Shown in pieces: positions 28,060-42,934 of a DNA stretch of 64,000 bases (positions are counted from its first letter, which is position 1; every line of letters begins with the position of its first letter). The stretch is from Octopus sinensis (lineage: Eukaryota): NCBI RefSeq assembly GCF_006345805.1, contig NC_043010.1, forward strand, positions 40,548,001 to 40,612,000. Direction: 5' to 3'. The notes under the pieces are model-generated. The model ran no database searches, had not been told where the DNA came from, and saw only the letters and a program-made list of their open reading frames with translations. Both the position numbers and the translations under genes were made by a program.

Positions 28060-28564
28060 ATGATGATGATGATGATGGTAGTTGTGGTTGCAGTTGTTGG
28101 TGGTGGTGGTAGTTGTGGTGGTGGTGTGGATGATGGTGATGATGTGATGATGATGATGATGATGATGATGGTAGTGGTGGTTGCAGTTGTTGTTGTTGTT
28201 ATTGTTGGTAGTGGTGGTGGTGGTGCTGCTGCTGCTTCTGCTGGTGTTGGTGGTGACGACCACGACGACGGCGACTACGAAGGGAACATTGATGTTCATG
28301 GTGTGGTCGCTGATCTTGAAGAAGATAATTCTCCTGACGTTACTATCGGTATTAATGATGAAGATGGCGACAACGAGCATAACGACCATTACGGTGACGA
28401 GAACAATACTGCTGTCGCTACTGCTGCTGCTGATAATGATGATCATGATCATGATCATGATGAGTATAATGACGACGACGACGACGACGACGAGGATGAT
28501 GATGATGATCATTATGATGATGATGATGAGGAGGAGGAGGATGACGACGACAACGACGACGACG

Positions 28565-28598
<34 letters not shown>

Positions 28599-28830
28599 CG
28601 ACAACGACGACGAGGATGATGATGATGAACATTATGATGATGATGATGATGATTATGATGATGTAGAGGGGGAGGAGGTCGACGAAGCGGACGAGGATAA
28701 CGACGATAATGACGACGATGATGATGATGAAAGCGTAGATGTTGGTGCTGCCTGCAATCATTATGACAGTTGTCATGTGTACGATGAAGGTGATGGCGAT
28801 GAAGGCGATGAAAGCGACGAAGGCGATGAA
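28060..28830. repeat. Compound trinucleotide low-complexity tract (GAT/GAC/GGT/GTT/GAG)
   Basis: Direct reading; open in several frames (poly-D, poly-M, poly-H, poly-I). Confidence 0.85.
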
Positions 28831-29046
28831 TGTTTTTTGTGCGCCCCGCCACGTTTTCTGCCACTTTGCAACACTGACACCATCAACTCAGCCTCTTCTC
28901 GGTTAATATATTGACGTCTATTCAATTACATTTACTCCTTAAAAAGCTCAAAAGCTTCTCGTAAAAAGGACAAAAAACAACAACAAAAAAACACCAAGCA
29001 AAAACACAACTAAATATAAAACATGAATAAAAACATTGTTGACTTT

Positions 29047-29146
29047 NNNNNNNNNNNNNNNNNNNNNNNNNNNNNNNNNNNNNNNNNNNNNNNNNNNNNN
29101 NNNNNNNNNNNNNNNNNNNNNNNNNNNNNNNNNNNNNNNNNNNNNN
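29047..29146. other. Assembly gap (100 N)
   Basis: Run of N. Confidence 1.
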
Positions 29147-29679
29147 ATATAAATGAGTTTCAGAAGAAAATTTAAAACAAAAGAACTAGAAATAAATAGA
29201 TTTTCAATTTTTAAAAGAAAAGTACAATATAATCGATATAATTAAATTATGAAAAAGACAATCTCATCTCTGCAGTGAATTTTTTGGATTATTTTAAAAA
29301 CAATCAGGAATTTTGCAGGTGTTCCAAAATATGTTATGGTCGGCAGTACGCTTATATAGACAGATTGCAGAGACACACATGGATATATTGATGTAATATA
29401 CGCACTTTAACTCACAGAAATATATACGCAAACATGAGCATATGCAGGTATATGAACTCATACGCATATTCTTGCATAAGAATTTGAAATAAACTACATG
29501 CACTTTCTCCCTTCTTTCTCTCTCCCACTCTCTTCAAACACATGCGCATATATATATATATGTATATGTATAAGTATATGTATATTTATATATGTATGTA
29601 TGTATATATATATATATATATGTGTGTGTATGTATGTATGTATATATATATATGTACATATATAATACGTAGGTGAAAG

Positions 29680-30070
29680 CGTAGGCGTGTACCAACAAGA
29701 TTGCTTCCGAAGCCCATCATTCATAGTTCAATCCCACTGCGTGGCACGTTGGGCGAGTGTCCTCAACCATAGACACGGGCCGACCAAATCATTGTGAGTA
29801 GGTTTGGTAGACGAACACTAAAGGTAGCCTGTCATATAAACATATGTGTGTGTATGTGTGTGTGTGTGGATACGCATTGGCCAGTGGTCGTAGGATCGCG
29901 GTTTCGATTCTCGGACTGGGCGTTGTGAGTGTTTATTGAGTAAAAACACCGAAAGCCCGACGAGGTTCCGGCAGCGGGTGGTGGCGAACTCTGTTGTACT
30001 CATTCACCACAACTTTCTCTCCTTCTTCCCGTTTCTGTTGTAGCTGTTCCATTGATCATATCAACCGAAC
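29680..30070 (+). mobile_element. SINE family A 5' half followed by deleted SINE family C copy
   Basis: A-type body 29680-29840; C-type GGATCGCGGTTTCGATTC..GTTGTGAGTGTTTATTGAG from 29870. Confidence 0.7.
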
Positions 30071-30103
30071 GCTCGACTGAGTGCCACTATATCTATCATA
30101 TAT

Positions 30104-30140
<37 letters not shown>

Positions 30141-30585
30141 TATATATATAATATATATTATATATATATATATATATATACATATATACACATACATATA
30201 TATATGTGTGTGCGTATATATATATATATGCTTATATATGTGTATGTGTGTGCGTGCGTGCGTGCCTGTGTGCCTATGTCTGTATATGTGTTTGCCTGTG
30301 TATGTATGTATATTTTAAACTGTATTACATTGGCGTGACCTTTTGTAATAACATGTATGACGTATACACAACTGTAGAACGGCAAAAGGTGTAAGAGTTT
30401 GATTTTAAGAAACTTTGCACGTATAAACGTTGGAGATGCTATAAACATCGTTATTTATACACACATACCGACATATAAACAGATATGCATATATATATAT
30501 AATGTATCTATATGTATATTTATATATATATATATATATTATATATGTATATATATGTATATATTATGTCTATATGTGTCTGTAA

Positions 30586-30622
<37 letters not shown>

Positions 30623-31849
30623 ATATGTCTATATGTGTCTGTAAATATATATACATATATTTATATATATGCCTATATGTCTATATTTATATATATGTAT
30701 ATCTACGTGCATACATGTATACATACATATATGTGTGTGTGTGCGTATGTGTGTGTATGTGTTTGTGTATGTGTGTGTATGTGTGAAGCCGAATAAATAT
30801 CGCTCGTTTGAATTTAAAATCATAAATTTTAACACATCGCTTCATTCCTAGTGATTTATCAACTTCCTTTTTCTAGATTTGATGGGATATCTTGTTATGT
30901 TTTACTGTTTGTCCTTTTCCTGTTCGTTTTTCCTTTTTCTTTATTTTATTTTATTATTTTTTTTTTGGTTATGTTCTTTATTCCTTCAATGTTCAAATTT
31001 CGAAACGTATAATGTCTATTTAACATCTAAAAATAGGTTTTGTGTGTTTTATGGATTTTTCTAGAATGAACTTAGAACAATACGTTCAGATATAAATGAG
31101 TTATTTATTAATCCGATATTTTTTTTTTATATACATCAATTTCCGATTATCACTTCACGTGGCTTCATTTGTTGTTTTGGCTGTTGTCATTGCTGTATGT
31201 TGCAGTTGTTGTTGTTGTTGTGATTGTTGTTATTGATGTCGTTGTTTTTGTGGTGGTGGTGGTGGTGGTTGATAATGTGGTTTTTGTTGCTTTTTAACTT
31301 TTTGTTGTTTATGATGCTATTCGTGTTTACGTTGTTGTTGTTGTTGTCATTGGTTCGCTAGTTTTTCCTCCATATCAGCCTTGAGAGAAAGCTGACCTGT
31401 AATCGACCATCACATAAATTTTACCACACGGAACAAATCATGTGTATGTTTTAACCCCATCTCCCACACTTTATTGAGTTGAAGCTGGTGGCTTGGTGGT
31501 TATGGTGTCGGACTCCTAATCGCATGACTGTGGTTTCGATCCCTGGAACGGACGAGGCTTTGTGGTCTCGAGCAAAACATTTCATTTCATGTCAACCAAG
31601 TCCACTCAGCTGGCAAAAATGAGTAACGCTGTGACGGAGCAGCATCCCCTCCGCGGGCAATGAATGCCTCACAGAAACCACTCCGATGAGTCTATATGAC
31701 TCAACAAGTATCTTTATTACTTTGTCCCCATTATTGAGACTACAGCATTCGAATGGAAGGCGGGCATTGCTCCTATAGCAAGCGAATCTATTGACAACAC
31801 AGAGTTACTCTCAGCGGCTAAATGTATATCATTTCTTTTGTGAAATATA

Positions 31850-32247
31850 TCTCTTTCTCTTTTCTCTTTTACTTGTTTCAGTCATTTGACTGCGGCCATG
31901 CTGGAGCACCGCCTTTAATCGAGCAACTCGACCCCGGGACTTATTCTTTGTAAGCCCAGTACTTATTCTATCGGTCTCTTTTTTGCCGAACCGCGACGTA
32001 AACACACCAGCATCGGTTGTCAAGCGATGCTAGGGGGAGAAACACAGACACACAAACACACATATATATATATATACATATATAGGACAGGCTTCTTTCA
32101 GTTTCCGTCTACCAAATCCACTCACAAGGCATTGGTCGGCGCGGGGCTATAGCAGAAGACACTTGCCCAAGATGCCACGCAGTGGGACTGAACCCGGAAC
32201 CATGTGGTTGGTTAGCAAGCTACTTACCACACAGCCACTCCTGCGCC
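31850..32247 (-). mobile_element. SINE family A, full length
   Basis: Reverse complement of 14484-14870. Confidence 0.9.
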
Positions 32248-32952
32248 TGAGATTTTATATGCATGAGATTTTATAAGTAAATATCCCCCTGTTTATTTAT
32301 TGATCTTTGTAACTGCATAAATAAAAGAAAATATGGCATATAAAGTAATGTGGCAACATAACAGTTTTATAAAATAAGGAAAATTCTAGGAGAGTTTCCA
32401 ACATTTCGATCTGTCTTCATAAATAAACAGATGTCGAAAATCGTAAAAAAGATATGAAATAAACTTAGTTTAATTTCCCCTTTCTGACAGTTTTGCACAC
32501 ACATGTACGCACGCACACGCACAACACACGCGCATACGTTTATATGTGTGTGTGTGTGTGTGTGTTGTGTGTCTGCGCGTGCGCGCGCGTGTGTGTCAAT
32601 GTGTGTGTGTATGTATGCATGTATATACATACATGTATATATATATGTGTGTGTGTGTGTGTGTGCGTGTGTTGTGTGTGTATGTATGTAGGTATATATG
32701 TACATATATGTCTATATGTATGTTTAAAGCTGCAACCACCTATATTAATGCTGCTGTTATTATCAACTATTAATGCAACCTTCAATAATAATACCAATAT
32801 TAATATCTCTATAAATATTCAATCGTTAACATTTGCTCCTGACACACACACACACAAAATGAAGTAGATAAAATCCAGACTACATAGAGGTTACTCGGAC
32901 GCAGTATTTACCCAAACGTGGGGAAATCCACTCGCTATTCGTCTGGCCAAAT

Positions 32953-33342
32953 GGATGGATGGAAGCACTCCGTCGGTTCAGACGACGAGGGTTCCGGTTG
33001 ATCCGATCAACGGAACAGCCTGCTCGTGAAATTAACGTGTAAGTGGCTGAGCACTCCACAGACACGTGTACCCTTAACGTAGTTCTCTGGGATATTCAGC
33101 GTGACACAGAGAGTGACAAGGCCGGCCCTTTGAAATACAGATACAACAGAAACAGGAAGTAAGAGTGAGAGAAAGTTGTGGTGAAAGAGTACAGCAGGGA
33201 TCACCACCATCCCCTGCCGGAGCCTTGTGGAGCTTTAGGTGTTTTCGCTCAATAAACACTCACAACGCCTGGTCTGAGAATCGAAACCGCGATCCTACGA
33301 CCGTAGTCCGCTGCCCTAATCACTAGGCCATTGCGCCTCCAC
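32953..33342 (-). mobile_element. tRNA-derived SINE family C, full length with 11-bp TSD
   Basis: TSD TCTGGCCAAAT at 32942-32952 and 33343-33353; A box TGGCCTAGTGA, B box GGTTTCGATTC; (TCCA)n tail. Confidence 0.9.
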
Positions 33343-33774
33343 TCTGGCCAAATATACCTTAATCAAATGAAGTATTTCGATCAAATCTCCTGCGATTCCC
33401 TGGCAACAATGTAAACTTTATTTCATTAATGTATATTTGGCCCGACGACTATCTAGCGGTTTATCCGTCCTTTGGGTAATTACTATTTCCGAGGTTCCGA
33501 TAGTTATGAAGCATATGTAACCTAGATTTTAATCCACTCCATTTCCTAATTTTGGATTTTTATTCGCTTACACAGCAACCCCACCCGACAACAGTGAACA
33601 ATAAAGTAACTTTTTCTATCGCATCGAACTCCGATATGGAAAAAATTTGCAAACTTGTACGTAAATAAACCAAAACTATTCCTGAAAGATTTTGTTTTTC
33701 ATACATTTTACGGACGGCTCGAAGTTTCCTATCTTCTTATACCTTGACACTTGGATCTTACCTTTATACATATA

Positions 33775-34170
33775 CTAGCAGTATCGCCCGGCGTTGCTCG
33801 GGTTTGTAAGGGAAATAACTATATAAGCATTTTTAGAGATGTAAAGTATAATAGCCAGCGCAATATGGCTAACCACAAAGGGTGGGTGTTACTGTAGCTT
33901 TTTATGTTCTGAGATTTAATAATAAATTTTTAGAGAGTCACTTCCCTTATATATGCCAAAATGCATTAAAAATGGGAAAATTGATGGTAAAGTTTTTTTT
34001 AAATCGTAGACTCATGGTAGACGCGCGCTAATACCCAGAAGGGCTCGATATGAATCACGACTATAAGATACCCGGTTTTCGTTAAACTGCACCGCAAAAT
34101 GTGGGAGTTGTTAGGAATCTAAATCGTAGGAGACAGACAGCACACAACGTCACTTTTATATATATAAAGA
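33775..34170 (-). mobile_element. Non-autonomous Helitron H1 copy 4
   Basis: A|TC...hairpin-CTAG|T termini on minus strand. Confidence 0.85.
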
Positions 34171-34207
34171 TATGATTCAACATTTGTATATTGTATATAT
34201 GTGTATG

Positions 34208-35066
34208 CAGGGTGCGGTGAATAAACTGTCGTCTAAATTACGCAAAAATGAAAATAACACTAAGATATATATTTATCAAAATTACAGAAAAATATCTTGA
34301 AATAGTAAAGAGCAAATTTATTCAATAAAATTGCCATTCGCTTCAAAGGTAACCTCCAGATGACTTCGGAATCTCTTGCGAATCTTCTGGATGATCTTAT
34401 TTAAGTTGGTGAATGCTGTGATAATCCTTGCATTCAGTTCATCTTTAGTGTTACAAGGAGTTTTGTTGGTTACTCGCTCAACTGTTACCCACACATGATA
34501 GTCAAGGGGGTTGCAGTCTAGGGAATTATGTGGCCAGATGTTAGGGTTGATATGGTCGTAGAAATTGTCTGACAGCCATGACCTTGTTCTACTTGTGTGG
34601 CATGGCGGAGAGTTCTGTTGCCAGACACTGGATCTTCCAGCAGCCAACCTCTTGACCCAGGGCAGCTCTACCTCTTCCAGGCACATGATGTAGGCCGCCG
34701 CGTTAAGACTGAAGCCATGCGGGGAGATGAATGGAGGCATAACTTCGCCATCGCTAGTGATCACTCCAAATATCATGATGTTGACTGGATGTTTGATTTT
34801 ATCACTCTCGATACATGTCCTCAGGTTGCACTGTCCTCAGATTGACACCGAAACATTCTGAAATGTTCGTATTGGAGCTTCCGGTGCGAATGCTCAGCAG
34901 TACAGCATGTCGTTTCCAAATTTCTGGCAGAGTGAATTGTGTCATCCTACTGTTCTCACATACGGTGCCCATCTGAACTGTACTGACGGTACTCAACTGA
35001 AACTACTGTGTAAAACTACTGCGTGAAATGAAATATGTATAATGGCACCAATTTACCCATCACACC

Positions 35067-35069
<3 letters not shown>
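34208..35069 (-). mobile_element. Internally deleted Tc1/mariner-superfamily element, maT (DD37D)-like
   Basis: TIRs CAGGGTGCGGTGAATAAACTG / CAATTTACCCATCACACCCTG-TA; ORF 34318-34776 WQQ(N)SPPCH...WPHNSLDCNPLDYHVW; N-terminal HTH start at ~34945 joined directly to the C-terminal half. Confidence 0.85.
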
Positions 35070-35100
<31 letters not shown>

Positions 35101-35181
35101 TTGGAAAAGGATGTGTGACGTTCGATCATATATATATGTATGTATGTATATAAACTATAATGATTCAACATATATGCATGC

Positions 35182-35219
<38 letters not shown>

Positions 35220-35716
35220 TTTGTATCGAAAGACTATTCACAGACAAGACGCTGACATGCTCTCTCATCATCAATTATCGTTAAAAAAGGTGGCGCCCAC
35301 AGCCACAAGCTGCCGGGAATAAATGAGCGAGCGTAAAGAGCTGTGACGAAGATATACAAACGACATAGGTTCGAATATAAACATACATGCAAAATATAAG
35401 CCTTACGTCTATGAGACAGTATTTAAACAAGACGTTGCAGAATTAACGCTAATGGAAAATGATGTCCTATGGGATTTGAAAATGAAAGTAGACAGATGGC
35501 AATATACAGAGATAGACAGAACGAAAGATGGAAATCAAAGACGAAATTGTGTTGGGCTGAAGGTGAATTCGATGCATATACATGTATATACTCACATGCA
35601 CGTGCATAAATGCTTCTACTACCTATATATAGAGAGAAAGTTGTATACATACACATGCACATACGTATATATATTATATATTATATATATTATATATATA
35701 GATATATACACATACA

Positions 35717-35751
<35 letters not shown>

Positions 35752-36839
35752 TATTTATATATATATATATATATTATTATAAATACATATATATATACAT
35801 ATCGATATATATATATATATACACACACACACATGTAAAAGGTACATGTATTCATCTAGAGTATGCATTATTTATGAGTGTTGGACATCAACCACTCATC
35901 TACTCTCTAACACACACAAACAACAAATCAATTTAAATTGAATTTTCTATACCTTTTGTATTGAATTTGTTTTCGTTTTTGCTTTCAGTAAAATGCGTTG
36001 TATTTCCTGTAAAAAGAAAATTGTGAACGCATTTCCTGTTCAACGAATGAAAAGACAGAGAGATAAAGAGACAGACAGATAGACAGAGGGAAAGAGAGTG
36101 ATGCAGCGAAAAGAAATAGAGAGGGGTTGAGAAGCAAAAAGAAAATTGGATCGAGAGACAGAGTAATGGAGAACGTGTGTGACAGGTGTACTGTTAATTA
36201 TGGATATGTACGAGTAGATGTGGACGCTTTCTTAAAAACATCGTTGAATCTTTTCTTGGCCTCATTTTGTGAATAATAAAATCAAGAACCAATGCCAATG
36301 ACAGCTAGTTAAGTGAGTTAGAAATAACAATCCAAAAACGGAACACGAAGTCCGGGGCTGACACAGAACTGTTGCACATCTGGCCGTTTCTGATTTGTTT
36401 TTTTTTTTTTGTAAAAGAAAAAAAAATGGAAAAATTAATGAAAATATATTAAACTTTTGCAGAAAGAAAAATCGCTCGCTTCTCCTATTTGTTTTTTTTC
36501 GATATTTTTATTACGTTTATCAAGCTTTCACGTTATGGTAGATAGTGTTGCATCCTCAGATGTGTTCTGATATTTCAGAAATTTTATAAATTACGTACGC
36601 ACACACACACACATACTGTATCTGATCTCTCTCTTTCTCTCTCGGCCTCCTCTTTGTCTTAATATATTATATAATTTAATAACATATAACATGATTACCC
36701 GAAACTGTGATATCTCGATGGTGTCAATCATCCGACTGGTAGAAACGGCTAAATCTCATTTAGACCATGTAATTGCTAGTTTAAAGAAAACCAGAACCGT
36801 ACGTGAAGATATATATAAGAATAAAGCATATAACTATAA

Positions 36840-36871
<32 letters not shown>

Positions 36872-36879
36872 GCTTTAAT

Positions 36880-37268
36880 CTTTTTTCAGTCATTTGACTG
36901 TGGCCATGCTGCAGTACCGCCTTTAGTCGAGCAAATCGACCCCAGGGCTTATTCTTTGTAAGCCTGGTACTTATTCTATCGGTCTTTTTTGCCGAACCGC
37001 TAAATTACGTGAACGTAAACACACCAGCTTCGGTTGTCAAGTGATGTTGGGGGGGGGACACAAACACAGACACACAAACATATACACAGACATACATATA
37101 TATATATATATATATACATACTGGTGGCTTTTTTAGTTTACGTCTACCAAATCCATTCAAAAGGCTTTGGTCGGCCCGAGGCTATAGTGGAAGACACCTG
37201 CCCAAGTGCCATGCAGTGGGGCTGAACCCAGAACCATGATTCGTCAGCAAGTTACTTACCACACAGCC

Positions 37269-37270
<2 letters not shown>
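36880..37270 (-). mobile_element. SINE family A copy
   Basis: Reverse complement of family A. Confidence 0.85.
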
Positions 37271-37313
<43 letters not shown>

Positions 37314-37322
37314 TATATATAG

Positions 37323-37366
<44 letters not shown>

Positions 37367-38594
37367 GTATGTATGTATGTATTATGTATTATTTGTTTGT
37401 CTAGTTATTTATTGTATGAGTTAATTGTAATTTTTCTTCCACTACAAAACCTCTTTTGAACGCAGCACACACAATACTTTCAGGAAAATGTATACACTAA
37501 AACGTCTTTTCCATACAAAAGGCTCTACGTAAAACGAAATTCTTTTGTTTCCTTCCCTCACTTTTACTTGTGTATTCACACACCTATTACCTTCCCAGTA
37601 ATATAAGTGAATAAGGTGAGTAAAATCATTTATTTGCTAAGTTCAAAAATTAAATTTGATTTATTTAAGCACAAAATATATTCATCACATGCGCACATTT
37701 TCTGGGTATTTTTTATATATATACATACATCCCCCTCACACGCAATCACACACACACACACACACATGTTTAATAATTCGAAAATATAATACTCATAACA
37801 AATAAAAGAGCTGCAAAAGATTGCTGAAGATATTTCGTTCCCCCAACCCACCACATGTACAATGAAAAGTTAGTCTATTATATTTTGATTATGCTCCCTT
37901 AAAATGTTATTTACAATGACACCTGACCAATAACAAACAAAGAAAAGGAATACGTATTAAAGGATCCACGGGGAACATGTAAATACTAAACAAACTAACT
38001 TCAAACCATTGCTATTCTACACATTGAAAAACGTGATAAATAATATAAACAGGAAACTGAATCAATGGAATACAACGAAGGACTCGTGAGGAACGTCGTA
38101 ATGCGACCTTAATGAGATCACGCTATGGAATTTTATTCAAAGTTTGTGCGAACGAGGAAATGGTGGCTTTTCAAAATACTAGATACCAATACAATGCCCC
38201 AATTCATATTGGTTGCGTGGATAAAAATATAATTAGATGTTACAGTGGAATCTCGAAGGAAAGAAACAACATTTGCAAGTGTTGCACGTATAATATTGAG
38301 CCCCCTTAGATGCTTCTATGAGGTCATACAATCTACTAGAAATATGATAATTTTCAAAATCTCCTTCACATAATGCCCCAATATAAAACGGAGGTGTTAA
38401 TGTAATGGTATGCTGTTTAGGTACAAAGTCTGTAATATGGAGAGTAGTGTGTTGGTCAATATCATCGAATCTGGAGGTATTAAATATGAATTTGACATTA
38501 ATGGAATTTGAACTCTGAGCTTAAAGAGCGAAAGTAGCAAAGCATTGTTTTTTCGGCGTCCTAACGATTCTGTCAATCCACCATCCAGGAAACT

Positions 38595-38997
38595 AAGGCG
38601 GCGAGCTGGCAGAAACGTTAGCACACACGGCGAAATGCTTTGCCGTATTTCGTCTGCCGCTACGTTCTGAGTTCAAATCCCGCCGAGGTCGACTTTGCCT
38701 TTCATCCTTTCGGGGTCGATAAATCAAGTACCAGTTACGCAGTGGTGTCGATATAATCGACTTAATCCGTTGGTCTGTCCTTGTTTGTCTTTTCTTTGCT
38801 TAGCCCCTTGTGGGCAATAAAGAAATAGGTATTTCGTTTGTCTTTAGGTTCTGAGTTCAAATTCTGCCGAGGTCGACTTTGCCTTTCATCCTTTCGGGGT
38901 CGATAAAATAAGTACCAGTTGAACACTGGGGTCGATGTAATCCACTGTTCCTCTCCCCATCTCCCAAATGTCTGGCCTTGTATCTAGAATAGAAAAG
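38595..38997 (+). mobile_element. Dimeric Meta-domain SINE with 20-bp TSD
   Basis: TSD AATCCACCATCCAGGAAACT at 38575-38594 and 38998-39017; monomer 1 has tail type 1, headless monomer 2 has tail type 2. Confidence 0.88.
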
Positions 38998-39826
38998 AAT
39001 CCACCATCCAGGAAACTTCGGATAGCAACGTAAATTATTACACACTGTCTGATTGAGGAACGCTGGTCGTATTTGAAATGTCTTTGAACATAAGTCTATC
39101 TCATAACAGCGTATTCGGAGATAAATAACAACAGTAAAAACAATAACTTCCACATCATCAACAACAACCATATGTGTGTGTGTGTGTACTAAACAGCCAT
39201 GTTATAACCCAGCAGACACTATGAGCATAAAGAGTCACATGAGAGATATGGAAATGACGAAAAAAATACCGTTGTATCACAGTGAACAAAGGAACGAAAA
39301 TACAAATATATTGACAATCGTGTATTGTTTAATAATGATTTCTAACGTAGACACAAAGCTGCAAATTACAGGGGAAAGAGCAATTGACTACATAAGCAAA
39401 AGTTTTGGAATTGTATTTATTTATTGTTTGCGAAACGATGAAATGGAATTTGACCTCTGCAGGTTTTTAAATGAAAACGTTGAGCGGCGTGAATATTTTC
39501 AAGCAAATAATCTGTCGCTCACTAGAAATAATTCTTTTTCTTTCTAATTTTCGATTAAATACAGCACTTTTGAAGGGAAGAGAAAGTTAATTACATCGAC
39601 CCCAGCACTTGACTGGTACTTTATTTCAGCTAACTCGAAAGGTTAAAAAGCAATGTTAATATCGGCGGGATCTTAAAGACACAATGTAAACAGTCGAAAC
39701 AAATAGCGCAATGCATTTTTTTTCTTTCGCCAAACGCTGAAAATAAATTTAGAGAGTGTCAGAAGGTAGTGACACAGAGAGTTAAAGACAGATACAGACT
39801 TAAATTGATATATACACACACAAATA

Positions 39827-40423
39827 CGGTGAGCTGGCAGAAACGTTAGCACGCCGGGAGAAATACGTACCCATATTTCGTCTGCCGTTACGTTCTGAGT
39901 TCAAATTCCGCAGAAGCCGACTTTACCTTTCATCCTTTCGGGGTTGATTAAATAAGTACCGGTTACGCACTGGGGTCGATATAATCGACTTAATCCGTTT
40001 GTCTGTCCTTGTTTGTCCTCTCTGTGTTTAGCCCCTTGTGGGTAGTAAAGAAATAGGTATTTCGTCTGCCACTACGTTCTGAGTTCAAATTCCGCCGAGG
40101 TCCACTTTGCCTTTCATCCTTTCGGGGTCGATAAAATAAGTACCGGTTACGCACTGGGGTCGATATAATCGACTTAATCCGTTTGTCTGTCCTTGTTTGT
40201 CCTCTCTGTGTTTAGCCCCTTGTGGGTAGTAAAGAAATAGGTATTTCGTTTGTCTTTAGGTTCTGAGTTCAAATTCCGCCGAGGTCGACTTTGCCTTTCA
40301 TTCTTTCGGGGTCGATAAAATAAGTTCCAGTTACAAACTGGGGTCGCTGTAATCAACTTGATCCCTTTGTTTATCCTTTTTTTGTCCCCTCTATGTTTAG
40401 CCCCTTGTGGGCAATAAAGAAAT
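39827..40423 (+). mobile_element. Trimeric Meta-domain SINE (one full + two headless 184-bp units, all with Tx1-like tail)
   Basis: Units restart at GTATTTCG at 40057 and 40241 after AAAGAAATAG. Confidence 0.88.
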
Positions 40424-40961
40424 GTTAGAAACGACTAAAAAGCTGAACTCTATTTTATTGAAGAGAAAAAATAATAATAATTGAACATTAAATATACGTT
40501 TTCTTTTTAATGTAACCTAGAAATGATTTCCTCCTTCTAATGGTAAAATGACCTGAGACAAAACACGTATTCAACACACTTCCAAATTTCAAACAGGCAA
40601 CTGGCAGAATCGCTTGCACGCCGGGGTAAATGCTACCCAGCATTTTATCTTACTTTTATGTGTTGAGTTCAAATTCCACCGATGCTATCTTTACCTTTCA
40701 TCCCCTCGCAGTCGATAAAATAAGTACCAGTTGAGTACGATGAGATCAACAACCCACTCTCCACGCAATCGCTTGGCTTGTACTAACATTTGAGAGCATT
40801 ATACTAGTAAAGTTACCCGTTATATAACGGATAACACTCCACTATATACATGTGTATGCATAAACATTTATACATACACATACAAACGCATACACTCATA
40901 CACAGGCACGTACACGCACATACACACTCAGAGATACACACACAGAGATACACACACATAT

Positions 40962-41010
<49 letters not shown>

Positions 41011-42934
41011 TAAGCATGAAATGTGATAAGAAAGAAATGCCTGGCTGGTGATGCATGAAATGTATTTGATTGATCTAGATGTGCACCATTAATGCCAACT
41101 TTGATCTAAAGAACAGCAACAACAACAGCAATAATTAGAAACAAATGGTTCTTATTTTATGTCTTCCTCATCTTGATGTTGCTTAAAGTACATTGTTTAA
41201 GATAACATGTAACGCCGGCCAACACCGAGGAAATATTAACGGAACACGTGATGCTAAACAAATCAATTTGCTACCATCCCTATACTTATATATTGAAAAG
41301 GTGATTAATACTAAAAACTGCAATCGGATCAATAGAATCCTATGAAGCTTTTGTAAGGAAGGTCTTAGCTTGTTCTTAATGGGATCACGCTACAAAATAT
41401 AGCTAGGATCCAGTGAATGAGAAAACGAATTTCTTACAAAAGATTAATAGCCATCAAAAAGACCCACGTTCGTATTAGTGAGTGAGCGAGTGATTGTAGT
41501 CTTTTGTAGTCCGAGAAAGAAGATTCTGCAGCTTCTAGCTGAACAACCTGCACATAGGATTGTTTATAGTGATCAAAATGTATGTGCTGCATATTAGCTC
41601 ACTCCCTCGAGCCATCAGACCATTATTGCCTGGACAGGTGCGCCGTACGCCACATCTCAGGTGTTCAAGTGATTGTATTGTAAATCAATGTGAGATGAAG
41701 TGGTTTGCTCAAGAACATTATGCACCATCCAGTACAGGAATCGAAACTACAATCTCGATATTGGGAGTGCAAAAACCTTAAGCTCTGGGCCATGCACTCC
41801 CGTTCTTATTACAAACAAGCATAAAAAATGCTACGGGCGAAACACGAATCCAACAAAATAACATTAACGCGTGCTAGACTAAGAAGAATCTACGAAGTCA
41901 TTGTTAGAAATAACAGCCAAATCTCTTTTACATTATACATTATCTCCTAAAAAATTAGGTCTGGACATGAAATTCATGCTACATTATTGTTTGATTTAAA
42001 ACGACGTATTGTTACAGAAAGAAGAGATTATTAATTGACATATGTTGCGGACAAATTTGGAGTATTTTGTGTTGTATTAACTGCCAAAGTTTTTAATTCA
42101 TACTTTTTGGCTTTGTTAGGTGTCTCAGGAGGCAAAAAAATATATAGTATTTAAATTTTCTTTATATGCGAATTATTTTGGAAATTATGATAAATTTTTC
42201 GGAAAGTCTGATATGGGAATCACTCAAAAAAGAAATTAGCATATCTATCTTTTTCTGTACAATTGCAATTATAAACGTTTTAGTTTTTTCTTTAAACGTA
42301 ATACGCCAACCGGTCATCGAATGCGAATGTGTATGAAATATGAATGAATGATACAGATGGGAAATGCAAAAAAAAAAAATAATAATAATGAAAGTTTTTA
42401 AAATAGTCGATATTTTTGTTGTTCAAAAATTGCGATTTATGACATAAAATGTCCTCTATAATTAGCCAGAGCTAAAAATGACAAACTTTAACTTTACTAA
42501 ATATTGTTAAATACGCCTCTGCTAATGCAATGTACATAAGCAATTCACTTTAAATACAACGAACAACCGGCAGTGAGACTGTCTTTAGCAGATCCCCAAA
42601 TGAGACTCATTGCAGACATTGGGTTAATTAGTGTGAAAACTCGTGGCCTTGTGGTTAGGACAATGCACTCACGCTCGCTAAATCATGGTTTCGATTCTTA
42701 GACCGGTTGGCGTTTTGCGTTCTTGAGCAAAATACTTTATTTCACGTTGTTCCAGTCCATTCAGCTGAAAATGGATTACCTTGTGACAAAATAGCCTTCT
42801 GGTCAGGTAGAAAGTTGGCCTACTGATCTAGCAAGCGACATAGTGATGTATAACGACATTCAATAGTCTGGGCGGTATGGCGTGTGCCGTGATATTAATT
42901 CTTAAAGGTTTGGTTTATACAAATCATACGGCCT

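Noticed and set aside
37900-38400. Possible decayed LINE coding remnants (also 41150-41460, 58300-58700)
   Set aside because: No diagnostic motifs recoverable
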